From Mobula hypostoma (lineage: Eukaryota), in contig NC_086107.1 of NCBI RefSeq assembly GCF_963921235.1, positions 86,862,001-86,926,000 on the forward strand: a stretch of 64,000 bases of DNA, written 5' to 3'. This document shows, piece by piece, positions 11,656 through 25,399 of the stretch. A program made the translations under genes and the position numbers. The number at the start of each line of letters is the position of its first letter. Position 1 is the first letter of the stretch. The notes below the pieces were generated by a model that was not told the origin of the DNA, searched no databases, and saw nothing but the letters and a program-made list of their open reading frames with translations.

Positions 11656-12449
11656 GGTGCAAATGCAACTATTGTCAGAACTTCAGATGGTGACAAGAAG
11701 GCGTACAGGAGTGAGACAGATCAGCTGGTTGAGTGGTGTCACGGCAATAACTTTGCACTCAACGCCAGTAACACAAAGAAATTGATCGTGGACTTCAGGA
11801 AGAGTAGTTGCAGGAGCACACACCGGTTCTCATCGAGGGATCAGAAATGGAGAGGGTGGGCAGTTTCAAGTTCATGGGTGTCAATATTTCTGAAGGTCTG
11901 CCCTGGGCCCAATATATTGATGCAATTACAAAGAAGAGGCAGCAGTGGTTATATTTCATTTGGAGTTTGAGGAGAATTGGTAGGTCACCAAGGACACAAA
12001 TTTCTGCAGAAGTACTATGGGAGCATTCTAACTGATTGCATCGCCACCTGGTATGGAGGGGCACTGCAAAAGATCAGAAAAAGCTGCAGAACATTGCAAA
12101 CTCAGCCACCTCCATTATGGGCACTAGCATCCCCAGCATTTCGGACACCTTAAAAAGGCAATGGCTTAGACAGGCAGCATCCATCATTAAGGACCCCCAT
12201 CACTCAGGGCATACCCACTTCTCATTACTACCATCAAGGAGGAGGTAAATGGAAGCTGAAGACATACTCAATGTTTCAGGAACAGCTTCTTCCCCCCGTC
12301 ATCATATTTGTGAATGGTCAATGAACCCATTTATTTTATATGTACTTACTATAATTCAGTTTTATTTTGTCTTACAATGTACTGCTGCTGCAAAATGACA
12401 AATTTCACAACAGTTGCCAGTGATATTGAACTTGATTCTAATTCTGAAA

Positions 12450-13920
12450 TGACATTCAGCAACAGACCCAGCACCAATCCCTGCAGAATCCCATCAGACA
12501 CAGGCGTCCAATTAGAGAGACCACTATCTTGCACCAGTCTCTGTCTTCTCCCACAAAGTCAATGCTTAATCCAATTTGCTACATCATCCTGAATACCAAG
12601 CAACTTAATTTTCTGGACCAGCCTCCCTTGCGAGACTTTATATCAAAGGCCGAGCTAAAGTCTGTGTAAACAGTGTCCACTATCTTTCCTTAATCCACAA
12701 AAAAATTCTATGTGATTGGTTAGATAAGACCTACCACACCCAAATCTATATTGGCCATCTCTAATCATCCCTGTCTAATAAATATTTATAAGGCATAAAA
12801 GCAGAATTAGGCCATTCAGCTCTTCAAGTCTGCTCCACCATTTCATCATAGCTGATCCACACTCCCTCTCAACTTCATTCACCTGCCTTCTCCCTGTAAC
12901 CTTTCATGCCCCGACTGATCAAGAATCTATTTAGTGCCACCTTAACTACATCCAATGACTTGGCCTCTACAGCTGCCTGTAGCAATTAATTCCACAGATT
13001 CACCACCCTCTGGCTAAAGAAATTCTTCTTCATCTCCGTTCTAGATGGACGTCCCTCTATTCTGAAGCTGTGCCCTCTGGTCCTAGACTTCCCCACTATA
13101 CTTACACCTATCTACATTCTCTCTACACCTTTCAACATTCAATAGGTTTTAATGGGATTCCCTCCCCCCCTTCCTTTTAAATTCCAGTGAGTACAGGCCC
13201 AGATCCTCATATGATAACCCTGAGCTTCCCAGAATTATTCTTATCTCTTCAGAACTCTGTCCAATGTTAGCACATTCTTTCTTAAATATAGGGCCCAACA
13301 CTACTCACAGAACTTCAAGTGAGCCCTCATCTGTGCCTTATAAAGTCTGAGCATTACATTCTTGCTTTTACATTTGGAACACCATTAGTCACCAGCAGCA
13401 ATCTAGAAAAGCCTCCCTTTATTCACACTCTTTGCCTTCCGCTAATCAGCCAATCCTCTATCCTCTAATTAGTATCTTTCCTATAACAACATGGGCTCTT
13501 ATCTTGTAAGCAGGCCCATGTGCTTCACCTTGTTAAAGGCCTTCTGAAAATCTAAGTACACCCACCTATTCTCCTTTGTCTATCCTGCTTGTTATTTCCT
13601 GAAAGAATTCCAACAGATTTGTCAGGCAAGTTTTTCTCTGAAGGAAACCATGACTTTTGTCTATTTTATCATGTGCCTCCAAGTACCCCAAAACCACAAC
13701 CTTAAAAATCAACTCCAACATCTTCCCAACTGCTGAGGTCCGGCTTACTGGCCTATAATTTATTTTCTTCTGCCCTTTCAGGTTCCCAAGCATTTTCTCC
13801 CTAGTAATAGCAATTACACCCACTTTTGCCCCCTGATACTCTCAAAGCTCCGGCATACCGCTAGTGTCTTTTACCGTGAAGACGGATGCAAAATACTTAA
13901 TTCGTTCATCAGCCATTTAC
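12450..13920 (-). mobile_element. Degenerate CR1 LINE fragments
   Basis: NYRPVS, HGF...CLTNLLEFF and GILQGLVLG motifs, with a CR1 3' tail near 12790. Confidence 0.8.
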
Positions 13921-14624
13921 AGCATGGGAGTACCATTTAATATGTGGAAATCACAACCTTATTTTTCTAGCAGCTCTCTGCTATTTCTCTACAAATTTGT
14001 TCCTCTGAACCCCACTGCCTATTGCAAGGTCTATAATGTAAACCCATTAACCTCATCATCCCTTTTCACTCTTCAGTTCCACCCATATTTCCTGAGTAGA
14101 CAAACAATCCAGTCTGTTCTGTTTGGGCAATAATGGCTACATCATAATTCCAAGTAATTGTCCATGTTCTCAGCTCATCTGCCTTACCTACAAAACTGTA
14201 GAAAATGCTCCAGGTGCAGTTTCACTAACATCTTGTATAACAGCGCCATAATGTCTCAACTCCTGTGCTCCTCAGCTGAAGGGTTTATTTTCATGCTATG
14301 CAGTTCTGTGAAAAGAAGGGTCTGACGATGGGTAGCGGGACTGATTTGTGATGCGGGGAGTCGGGGAAGGGGCTGACTGGCTGCAGCCGGTTCCCACAGA
14401 GTGCCCTGTCCCAAATCCTCTGCCTGTCCTATGTGTGGAAGAAGGGTTTGAGGTCGACTCCAAACCCTTTGAGTATGAGGAGAGGGTGAGAGTAGTGATC
14501 CTGTGGAGAATGCGGTTATTCCCTGTTATGCACCAATGCTGATGCCAGCAGCTGTACAGAACCAGCTAGGTTCACCGAGTCCTTCTGGGCTCTGTCTTCT
14601 GCGCATGGCACTACCCTTCAGAAG

Positions 14625-16570
14625 CAGAATAGGCTTTATTATCACCGGCATGTGACGTGAAATTTGTTAATTTAGCAGCAGCAGTTCAATGCAATACATA
14701 ACCTAGCAGAGAGAGAAATAATAAATAATAAATAAACATTTAAAAAATAAACAAGTAAATAATTACAAATATTGAATAGATTTTTTAAAAAGTGCAAAAA
14801 CAGAAATACTGTATATTTTTTTTAAAAAGTGAGGTAGTGTCCAAAGATTCAATGTCCATTTGGGAATCGGATGGCAGAGGGGAAGAAGCTGTTCCTGAAT
14901 CGCTGAGGGTGTTCCTTCAGGCTTCTGTATCTCCTACCTGATGGTAACAGTGAGAAAAGGGCATGCCGTGGGTGCTGGAGGTCCTTAATAATGGACGCTG
15001 CCTTTCTGAGACACCACTCCCTAAAGATGTCCTGTGTATAGACAATAGACAATAGGTGCAGGAGTAGGCCAGTCGGCCCTTCGAGCCAGCACTGCCATTC
15101 ACTGTGATCATGGCTAATCATCCACTATCAGTATCCAGTTCCTGCCTTATCCCCATAACCTTTGATTCCACTATCTTTAAGAGCTCTATCCATCTCTTTT
15201 TTGAAAGCATCCAGAGACTTGGCCTCCACAGCCTTCTGGGGCAGAGCATTCCATATGTCCACCACTCTCTGGGTGAAAAAGTTTTTCCTCAACTCCGTTC
15301 TAAATGGCCTACCCCTAATTCTTAAACTGTGGCCTCTGGTTCTGGACTCACCCATCAGCGGGAACATACTTCCTGCCTCCAGCGTATCCAATCCCTTATA
15401 ATCTTTTATGTTTCAATAAGATTCCCTCTCAGCCTTCTAAATTCCAGAGTATACAAGCCCAGTTGCTCCAATCTTTCGACATATGACAGTCCCGCCATCC
15501 CAGGAATTAACCTTGTGAACCTACGCTGCACTCCGTCAATAGCAAGAATGTCCTTCCTCAAATTTGGAGACCAAAACTGCACACAGTACTCCAGGTGTGG
15601 TCTCACCAAGGCCCTGTACAGCTGCAGAAGGACCTCTTTGCTCTTATACTCAATTCCCCCTGTTATGAAGGCCAGCATGCCATTAGCTTTCTTCACAGCC
15701 TGCTGTACTTGCATGCTTGCTTTCAGTGACTGATGTACAAGAACACCCAGATCTCGTTGTGCTTCCCCTTTTCCTAACCTGACTCCATTTAGATAATAAT
15801 CTGCCTTCCCGTTCTTACCACCAAAGTGGATAACCTCACATTTATCCACATTAAACTGCATCTGCCCACTCACCCAGCCTGTCCAAGTCACCCTGCATTC
15901 TCATAACATCCTCCTCACATTTCATGCTGCCACCCAGCTTTGTGTCATTGGCAAATTTGCTGATGTTACTTTTTATTCCCTCATCTAAATCATTAATATA
16001 TATTGTAAACAGCTGTGGTCCCAGCACTGAACCCTGCGGTACCCCATTGGTCACCGCCTGCCATTCCGAAAGGGACCCGTTAATTGCTACTCTTTATCTT
16101 CTGTCAGCCACCCAATTTTCAATCCATGCCAGTACTCTGCCCCCAATACCATGTGCCCTAATTTTGCCCACTAATCTCCTATGTGGGACTTTATCAAAGG
16201 CTTTCCGAAAGTCCAGGTACACTACATCCACTGGCCCTCCCTTGTCCATTTTCATAGTTACATCCTCAAAAAATTCCAGAAAATTAGTCAAGCATGATTA
16301 CCCCGTCGTAAATCCATGCTGACTCGGACCAATCCTGTTCCTACTATCCAGATGTGTCGTAATTTCATCTTTTATAATTGACTCCAGCATCTTTCCCACC
16401 ACTGACGTCAGGCTAACCGGTCTATAATTCCTTGTGTACTTGTTGAGTGTATTTGTTGACATGACAAATCTCTTCATATTCCTAATAAAGTATAGCCACT
16501 GTCTTGCCTTCTTTATAACTACATCGATATGTTGGAATCAGATTGGGCCCTCAGAGATCTTGACAGTATT
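14625..16570 (-). mobile_element. Rex1/Babar-type LINE 3' end, split by a CR1 insertion
   Basis: WCLRKAASIIKDLQHPRHALFSLLPSGRRYRS at 14850-15030. The element resumes after 16433. Confidence 0.8.
15039..16432 (-). mobile_element. Young 5'-truncated CR1 (HER1-like) LINE
   Basis: Nearly intact RT (YLDFRKAFDKV, GVPQGSVLGP, LVRPHLEYCVQFW), a (CTATTGT)n tail, and a TGTGTA direct repeat at 15033-15038 and 16433-16438. Confidence 0.93.
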
Positions 16571-16579
16571 AGTTATATG

Positions 16580-17410
16580 TACCCCTCACCATATATCCGG
16601 TGTGGGCATCAAGTATTCCAGGATCAAGGACAGAGTACACATGTTTTTTTGATGCACCATGGAAAGCTTCCTACCTGGATTGGTCACTGCTTGGTAGGGT
16701 AACTGCTCTATCCCAGACAACAAAAAACTACTTAGAGTTGTGCACATCCCTCAAAAATTCAAAGTTCAAAGTAAATTTATTATCAAAGTACATATATACT
16801 ACCCTGAGATTTATTTTGTTGTGGGCATTCACAGAACAGAGAAATACACTGAAATCAATGAAGTACTACACACAAAGACTGAAACAATCAATATGCAAAA
16901 GACAAACTGTACAAATACACAAAAAAACAAATAATAATAATAAATAAACAATACTGAGTCCATAGGTTTTGGACTCAGTTCTTGCTGGGGTGAGTGAAGA
17001 TTGCCAGAGTAGTTCAGGAACCTGATGGTTGAAGGGAAGTAATGGTTCCTGAACCTGTTGGTGTGGGAATCAGAGATCCCCTTCTCGATGTATCAGTGAG
17101 ATGGTCTGGATGGTGGGGAGCCAGTCATCATCAAGGGATCAAAGGTAGAGAGAGTCAGCAACTTTAAGTTCCTTGGTGTCATCATTTCAGAGGGTCTGTG
17201 CTGGGACCAGCATCTAAGTGTAATTACAAAGAACGCCTCTACAGTACTTTCTTAGAAGTTTGCAGAGATTCCACATGTCATCTAAAACTTTTACACACTT
17301 CTGTAAATGTGCGGTGGAGAGTATTCTGACAGGTTGCAGCATTGTCTGGATTGGAACACCAATGCCCTTGAGTGGAAAAAAACTATAAAAATAGTGGATA
17401 TAGTCCAGTT
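16580..17410. mobile_element. Rex1/Babar fragments, mixed orientation
   Basis: VESILTGC-like motif and (CTTTGAA)n-type tail shared with other copies in the window. Confidence 0.65.
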
Positions 17411-20400
17411 CATTTATTTTAAACCTCATTATGTACAGGTTGTGAGTCTGAGGAACCTTACAAAAATTGGTAAATCATCGTGGGGTAGCATAGTTTTTCA
17501 TGATCACAGGTTTTTTTGCCCCAGGATGGGAAATCTTCAACTAGAAGAAAGATTTAAGGCGAAAGAGGAATGATTTAAAATGGACTGGAGAGGCAGCCTT
17601 TCCACATAGAATGGATTGGTCTATGGAATGAACTGCCAGAGGAAACTGTAAAAGTAAATACAATTATAATGTGTAAAAGATATTTGGCTTTTTTCATCTC
17701 AGCTGTAAACCAGGTGCACCCTGGAGACTCACCACTCTGAATATGAGCAGGTTCACAGGTGATAGGGAGGAACGTAAAAAAGGAGATGACATTTGCAAGA
17801 TTAATAAAGGAGATTTTCACTGCAGTAAGGAGGGAGGATGTCTCACAGGGCGCCGTGTGGGCCTGGAGGATATCAGATGTGGGATCTGTATTCAAGAATG
17901 GTTACAGGGACAAGGCAGCTGCCAGTTATTGTCAAATATATAGTAGGGAGAACACTGGATAAATATTCTGAGGGACTGGAATGATCTTCACTTGAAAAGG
18001 CAGGGACTGATTAGTCATGGTCAGTACAAACTGGTTCATGGGAGACCCATCTAAATAATTTAATTAATGCCTTTTTTAAAAAGAGATAAGCAAATATATT
18101 AATAAGAGCAGTGTGTGTCGTGGTTCACATGGTTTTCAGTAATGGCTTTGATGTTCACACATGGACAGCTAGTCCAAAACTGTCTCAGTAACATCTCCTG
18201 TCACAGAATCATTTAGTATGTCAGTATGGAGACAGACCCTTTGGCGCATCTCATCCAGATCAGGGTGTCCATCTAAGCAGTACCACTTGTTTGCATTTGG
18301 TCCAAATCCTTCTAAATCTTTCCTATGTACTTTTCAAAATATTGTTTAAATGTCGTTATTGTGTCTGCCTGAACTATTTCCTCTGGTAGCTTATTCCATG
18401 TATCTACCGCTTTCTGTGTCAGTAAGTTGTCCCTAAAGTCTAATTAATCTATATCCCAGCTTTCGGAACTGTCCACCGTACCACCAGTTTGGTGTCACCT
18501 GCAAGTTTATTATTTACTTTCTGACCCACATATCAATGCATGTGAGAAACAACAGAGCAGAGTACTCCAATCTAAAATGGGAAGTGAGGGGCCAAGGATG
18601 TAGAGAGCGTCGCAGGGACTGGAGGAAAGTACAGAGTCTGTGGCTACATCAGAATTTATATTTATCCTGTTGAATTGTTTATCTAGGTATAAGGGATGTC
18701 CAGAAAGGGGGAGCACCTCTGGTGAAAGGGCTTATTGTGTCCATTCCAGAGCACCTTTGGACCCTACTGGACACTCAGCTCTCACGTGTGTCTCTTAGTA
18801 GCTGTATGCATGCAACAGTGGCCACACCCTGGTACACCACTTTGACAGGAGGGCTAAACTAGGTGAGGGTAGCTGATGGTCTCATACCTTGGTGAGATAG
18901 GTACATGCCTAACCCAGCACACGGTCAGCTCCGGTAGACTGGGCAGATGAAATCTACAGTGAGGTCCCATGGCCAGAAAGGCGATACTACAATGCTTTAT
19001 GGAGAGCAAAAGGCATGACAAGGCACAGATGTCATGGTCATCCACTGTAACCAAGGAAGACCATAGTTTGTGATGCTTGTTCATACCACTGAACCCTGAG
19101 TTCTGAGGTCAAAAGAGTGGAATGTTCCCAGTGCAATGGCTTCTCCACTTTAAAAACTTTCATGCATGTCATCATCAGACACAATAGACAACCAATTGTT
19201 TATCGATCCATGATTACCTTTTGAAATACAATGAAATACCCCACTAAACTCACACCTCATCTTCCTGTGCTCCAGAGAAAACAGCCCATGCAATCTCTTA
19301 TTGTAACTCAAGTCCTCCAGTCCCCGCCACATCCTTGTGAATGTTTTCTGCACCCTCCTCAGCTGAATTGCATTCTTCCTGGAGGTAGGGTATCAGAAAT
19401 GCACACAGTGCCCCAAGTGCAATCTCACAAACATCTTGTGCAGTTATAACATAACATCCTCACTCCTGTACTCATTGGCCCGACTAGTGAAGGCAAGTGA
19501 AGTCAAGCACTTTCTTTACCACCTTGTCCACCTATGTTGGTACTTTTAGAAATTCTATCCTTAGATGCCTCTATTTTGCAACAATCTCCAGGGCACTTTC
19601 ATTTACTGTCAATTCTTTTGCCCTCATTTAACTCTACCTGACATTTCTTTGCCTATTTTTATAGTTGATGTATGTCCTATTGTAACTTGGATGACCTACT
19701 TCACGATCAGGATACCATCAATTTTGGTGTCAAGAGGGTGAGAACCATGGAGGATGAGAATGGGAAACCTGAGGCAGGGAGCTGGTGCAGTAAGACACTG
19801 ACAGGTACTCTCTGTTCCTGGTACAGCAGGCAGGAAGAGAAGAGGACAATGGAGAAGCAGTCAAGCTCACCATACTCCACCAGTCCGCGGCCTCATCCAC
19901 ATGGCAATGGCAGAGAGCAAGGAGCAGCTCGTCTGATCCAGTTGCTGCCTTCTCTATCTCTCCACATCAACCTGCACACAAGAAAAGCCCATTATATAAC
20001 CTCTCAGTCTTCAAAAACACAGCAAGTACAGACCAACCCCCACTTCAGTTCAGACCCTGCTTCATCTCCAACCCTGGGCCCAGTATGCTCCCCCTCTGTG
20101 GGCCACTGGAATGATGTCAGTGATGTGATCAATCCTGTGATGTGGCATCACGTAACATGACATCCTGTCCGTAGACTGGGAAGTGGGGCAGACTGAACTG
20201 TCAATCTGACAGCCACTACAAGCAATCACTGCACACAGGGCTTAACAGGGACTTCAGCTGGAAAGAAAAATAGAATTAAGCACCAGTACAGAAAGGGTGA
20301 CAATTCCAATCATCCATGTTTTAAAAGAGAGAATAATTGAAAAAAGTTGAAAGAATATATAATCCAGTAAGGTTGAAACCCTTTAACTAATTAGTTTTAA

Positions 20401-21029
20401 ATGATGGAAAGATCAAAAACAAACCTTGGCACTGGAAATTTGAAACTAAACTAGAGAATGCTGGATACTCTCAGCAGCTCAGGAAGCACCTATAGTAAAC
20501 ATTTCAGGTCAGAATTTAGAAAGGGAGGGAAAAGCAAGTTCATGTTAATTTACAGAAAATAATGACAGAGATGAAATGGATATCAGTATGATATCAAGCC
20601 AGATGGAACAGGTTAATAGGGACAGAGAGACAGCATACCTTGAAGGTGACAGCGGGAATATTCAAGGGGATTGTGAGGGGTAAGTTTTTTTAGAAACTCA
20701 GAAAGTCATGGATGCCTGCTATGGTGGTAGAGGCAAATACATTAGAGGCTATTAAGAGACATTTGGATAGGCACGTGGATGTAAGGGAGATGGAGGGATA
20801 TGGACATGGTGCAGGTAAGAGGGTTAATGTTTGGCTGTTTTTGATTTGCTTTTTAGCTGGTTTGGCACATTATTGTTGGCCGAATGGACTGTTTCTACTG
20901 TTCTATGTATACATACATATACATTATTTACATAATCACTTGCATATACACTCATATACACACACACACGCATGTGTCACATAATTGGGCAAAGCTTTGA
21001 CAACGTTATGAGGGGGATGTGAGGAAGAC

Positions 21030-23428
21030 TGGAAAATTGTAAATGTCACCCCACTCTTCAAAAAGAAAGAGAGGCAGAAGAAAGGAAATTATAGGCCAGT
21101 TAGTCTGACTTCAGTGGTTGGGAAGATCTTAGAGGTGATTGCTAGGGATATGGTTTTGGGATACTTGGAGGCATTTGATAAAATAGACCACAGTCAGCAT
21201 GATTTCCTCAAGGGAAAATCTTGTCTGACAAATCTGATGGAATTCTTTGAAGAAATAACAAGTAGGATAGACAAATGAGAATTGGCTGATTTTGTGTACT
21301 TGGATTTTCAGAAGGCCCTTGACAAGGTGCCACACATAAGGCTGTTTGACAAGCTAAGAGCCGCCATATTACAGGGAAGATACTACCATTGATAAAGCAA
21401 TGGCTGATTGGCAGAAACAAAACGGGAATGAACCTTTTGGTTGGTATATTGTGACTAGTGGTGTTTCACTGTGGTCTGTGTTTGGGCCAATTCTTTTTAC
21501 ATTGTATGTCATTGACTTGGCTGACAGAATTGCTGGTTTTGTTGTAAAGTTTTCAGATGACACAAAGATTAGTTGGAAGGGCAGGTAGTTTTACAAAAGT
21601 AGAAAGGCTACAGAAGGCCATAGACAGATTAGGAGAATGGGAAAAGAAGCAGCAGATGGAATACTATGTTGGGAAGTGTATGGTCATGCACTTTGGTAGA
21701 AGAATAAAAGCATAAACCATTTTCTAAATGGAGAGAAATTTTAAAAATCTGAGGTGTAAAGGGACTTGGGAGTCCTTGTGCAGTGTTCCCGAAAGGTTAA
21801 TTTGCAGTTGTCTGTGGTGAGGAAGACAAATGCAATGTTAGCATTCATTTTGAGAGGACTAGAATGCAAGTGCAAGGACTGATGAGGCTTCACTTTGAGC
21901 ATTGTGAGCAGATTTGGGCCCCTTATCTTAGAAAGATGTACTGACACAGGAGAGAGTTGGAAGTGTCACGAACCCCGTGACGGGGATAAAGAAACCAGCA
22001 GAGATGGAAAACACTTTGGAGTCTCGTATTGCTATAAACTAATATTTATTAGTAACTACGCAATACAGTAATATAAATGTAGATAAATCAAACATGTTAG
22101 CAATGATTATATATAAAAGTAAGTGTGGAATATATATGTATGAAAAAACCAAGCTTCTTTAAGTCTAGGGGTAAAAAGATACAGTCTTACGATGTTGAGT
22201 AAAGTTCAGTTCAGTTCAGTTCGTGGTATTTAGTTGAGTAGTGGTGGAGAGAGGGGGAGTGAGTTGAGTCTTCAGCTGAGCTGATGCCGTCAATCTTCTC
22301 GTCGTCCTCCGAAAATCCTTTACAAGTCACCAACTGTGACTTTAACCAAGGGGACTGGTCTTCTGTGGTGGAGCTATCACCCAGGCGAGGGTGGACACAT
22401 AGACAGCTCCCCACCAGTCAACCCCTTCCTCACCGATGGATAGCAATTTGGAACGATCCGCCTGATCGATCCTCCAAAACCCACTTTTTCTGCGGGCACA
22501 ACAATGCTCATTCCATGTCCAGATCATGTGTCCTGAGGTCTGTATCATCTGACCTCCCATTTATTTCACCAGGCTGAGCATCACCTGTCATTCAAAGAGT
22601 CCCTCCCTCCTTTGTCTGTAAAGGAGTGCACAAGCAGGCAACAAGTCATTAAAGAAATATCAACAATGTGTTGAAAATCATAACATCGAGTGTCCATTAA
22701 TTAACACTGCCTTCGGTCACCATAGCAACTTTTGAGCTGCTCGGTGCTGTCTCCAACTACAAACTCAGTAAAAATCCAAAGTTACTTTCAATGCCTTAAA
22801 GTGACAGTCCAAGCGTTAATCTTCGTCTCTCTCTCTCTCTCTCTCTTTTCAAAAGCAACATATCGGTGGTAAATAACTCTGTCTCTCTCTCCTTTCCAAA
22901 CAAACCATCAATGATAAATGTCTCTCTCCAGTTAATAGGGACACTCCAGGATCCCCTCACAGAAGAAGGTTCATGAAAGTAACTCTAGGATTGAACAACA
23001 TTTCATATGAAGAGCATTTGATGGCTCTGGGCCTGTATTGACTAGAATGAGCAGTTACCTAATTAAAAGCTATCGAATGTTGAAAGGCCTTGATAAGGTG
23101 AATCTGGAGAAGGTGTTTTCTACGGTGGGAGAGTCTAGGACCAGAGGACACAGCCTCAAAATAGAGGAGCATCCTTTTAGAAAGGAGATAAGGAGGAATT
23201 TCTTTAGCCATAGCGTAGTGAATCTGTGGAACTCATTGTAACAGGTGGCTGTGCAAGCCAAATCTTTACCTATATTGAAGACAGAGATTGATAGATTATT
23301 GTTTGTTCAAAGCATCAAGGGATACAGGGAGAAGGTAGGAGATGGGGCTGTGAGGAAAATGGATCAGATTTGATTAAATGAAGCAGGCTTTAAGGGCCAA
23401 ATGGCATAATTCTACTCCTATATCTTAT
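21030..23428 (+). mobile_element. Degenerate CR1 LINE interrupted by a solo LTR
   Basis: NYRPVSLTSVVGK through RT to the 3' tail. Its 3' junction is shared with the copy at 40845-42117. Confidence 0.88.
21964..22961 (-). mobile_element. Solo LTR with 4-bp TSD GAAG, related to the LTR at 8569-9412
   Basis: TGTCACG...CTCACA flanked by GAAG (21960-21963 and 22962-22965). It shares blocks AAACCAGCAGARATGGA, GTCACCRACTGTGAC and CACCCARGCGAGGGTGGACACA with the first LTR. Confidence 0.9.
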
Positions 23429-23928
23429 GACGGGGAGAGTGAAGTTGTACATTTTGGCAGGAAAAATATGCAATAAAGCGTGTGGCCTAAAAGCTGCAGG
23501 TGAAGAGGGAACTTGGGGCCCTGGTACAACTTTAACAAGGATTTATTCTCAAGTACAGATATAATTAGGAATGTGAACAGAGTGTTATCTGATGAAGGGA
23601 ATTCGGACTGAAACGTTAACTCTGTTTCTCTGTTCACTGACACTGCCTGGCGCGTTTTACTCAGGTTTCCCTGTTCTAGTCTTCACATTTGTTCTTTTTT
23701 CATCAGTTAGTTTTCGGAGAATTGAGCAGTTATCCAGGGTGGTAATGTTGCTGGCCGACCTTCAATATGGGACGTGTGCGTTTTCAAGTTTATCAGGAGC
23801 ACTGGTTATGGAGATGGAAAATGAAAGGCCATTCTCTGATTCTGTCTCCACCCCATCCCCCTGCATTTTTCTTTGAATGTTTACTCTTTATTGTGTGATT
23901 AAAGTTCAAAGAAACGAGTGGATTAGGT

Positions 23929-24682
23929 AACACACATCAAAGTTGCTGGTGAACGCAGCAGGCCAGGCAGCATCTAGTTACTAGTTAGTCGTGATGAAGG
24001 GTCTCGGCCTGAAACGTCGACTGTACCTCTTCCTAGAGATGCTGCCTGGCCTGCTGCTGCTGCTGCAATACCTGGAGTATTGTGTGCAGTTTTGGTCCCC
24101 TAATCTGAGGAAAGACATCTTTGCCATAGAGGGAGTACAAAGAAGGTTCACCAGATTGATTCCTGGGATGGCAGGTCTTTCATATGAAGAAAGACTGGAT
24201 GAACTGGGCTTGTACTCGTTGGAATTTAGAAGATTGAGGGGGGATCTGATTGAAACGTATAAGATCCTAAAGGGATTGGACAGGCTAGATGCGGGAAGAT
24301 TGTTCCCGATGTTGGGGAGGTCTAGAACGAGGGGTCACAGTTTGAGGATAGAGGGGAAGCCTTTTAGGACCGAGGTTAGGAAAAACTTCTTCACACAGAG
24401 AGTGGTGAATCTGTTGAATTCTCTGCCACAGCAAACTGTTGAGGCCAGTTCATTAGCTATGTTTAAAAGGAAGTTAGATATGGCCCTTGTGGCTACAGGG
24501 GTCAGGGGGTATGGAGGGAAGGCTGGGTTCTGAGTTGGATGATCAGCCATGATCATAATAAATGGCGGTGCAGGCTCGAAGGGCCGAATGGCCTACTCCT
24601 GCACCTATTTTCTATGTTTCTATGTTCACCAGCAACTTTGATGTGTGTTGCTTGAATTTCCAGCATCTGCAGAATTCCTCGT
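23929..24682. mobile_element. Penelope-derived mini-element with inverted ends and 13-bp TSD, split by a CR1
   Basis: Flanked by GAGTGGATTAGGT (23916-23928) and GAGTGGATGAGGT (24683-24695). The left 48 bp are the reverse complement of the element's right part. The hammerhead core is mutated (GTGATGA) at ~23990. Confidence 0.8.
24068..24623 (+). mobile_element. Young 5'-truncated CR1 3' end
   Basis: Open reading YLEYCVQFWSP...RTRGHSL...FFTQRVVN, ending in a CTATGTTT-type tail. Confidence 0.93.
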
Positions 24683-25399
24683 GAGTGGATGAGGTTGTCA
24701 GGTAATTATTGACAATTATGCCACGGGATTGAAACCGTTCCGAACACAGACTGAGCAGTGCCGAGTCACGAATCGCCCGGTTGTGACATGGAGGTGAATT
24801 CCCGTTCACTTTTGATGAACGCAGCAAACCAATGAAGGAAGCAGAAAGAAAGGCGTCGAAAGGAAATATCGGTTTCTCGGACAACCGGACACTTTAAGAT
24901 CCCGCCGAAAGATATTTACTGATCTGTAATCTGCAAAATGCTTTGAATCATTAATACGATGATTTACTTTAGAGTAACACCCCACGTGTTATTTAACTCA
25001 CCAGCTTGAATGTTTCTGGTTATTGAGCTTCGAAAAGCCGATTCAGTTTATAGTCGCGGTCGGTCTATGTAGAAAGGGTTTGCTGTGAAAGCAACTGAAT
25101 ACCAGCGTCAGCAGACTATTGTGTCCCCGTGAACCCATCGCGGACTCGACCAGAAATGGGACTGGTTACAAAATGAAGAACTGCATTTATTATAGCCCAT
25201 CTCCTAAACAGGAACCGCAAATACCTGGGAAAACATACCCACAATTGCGAACTGTAAACGGCACAGAACTACTGATTCTCCGCTTTCAGGCTGCGTTTGG
25301 AGTTTGTGTGATTAACGGGGAAGTCTTATTGAACACCTACAGGGGGAATAGCGTGCCCCTAACACAAGTACTGAGAGCCCTTTTCTCTGCCGGATTAGT

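Larger units (their letters stand above)
10230..12450 (+). mobile_element. Rex1/Babar-type LINE 3' part, interrupted by nested insertions (~10440-11655)
   Basis: RT and C-terminal motifs (PQGCVLSP, LNASNTKKLIVDFRK, ASIIKDPHH..FSLLPS) continue across the insertion. Confidence 0.8.

Noticed and set aside
18690-19175. Repeat-like segment, possibly an RTE 5' region
   Set aside because: I could not identify diagnostic motifs or termini by eye, so it is left unclassified.
23991-24533. 180-aa ORF as a gene (also 40402-41103)
   Set aside because: Chance in-frame fusions of Penelope and CR1 fragments.
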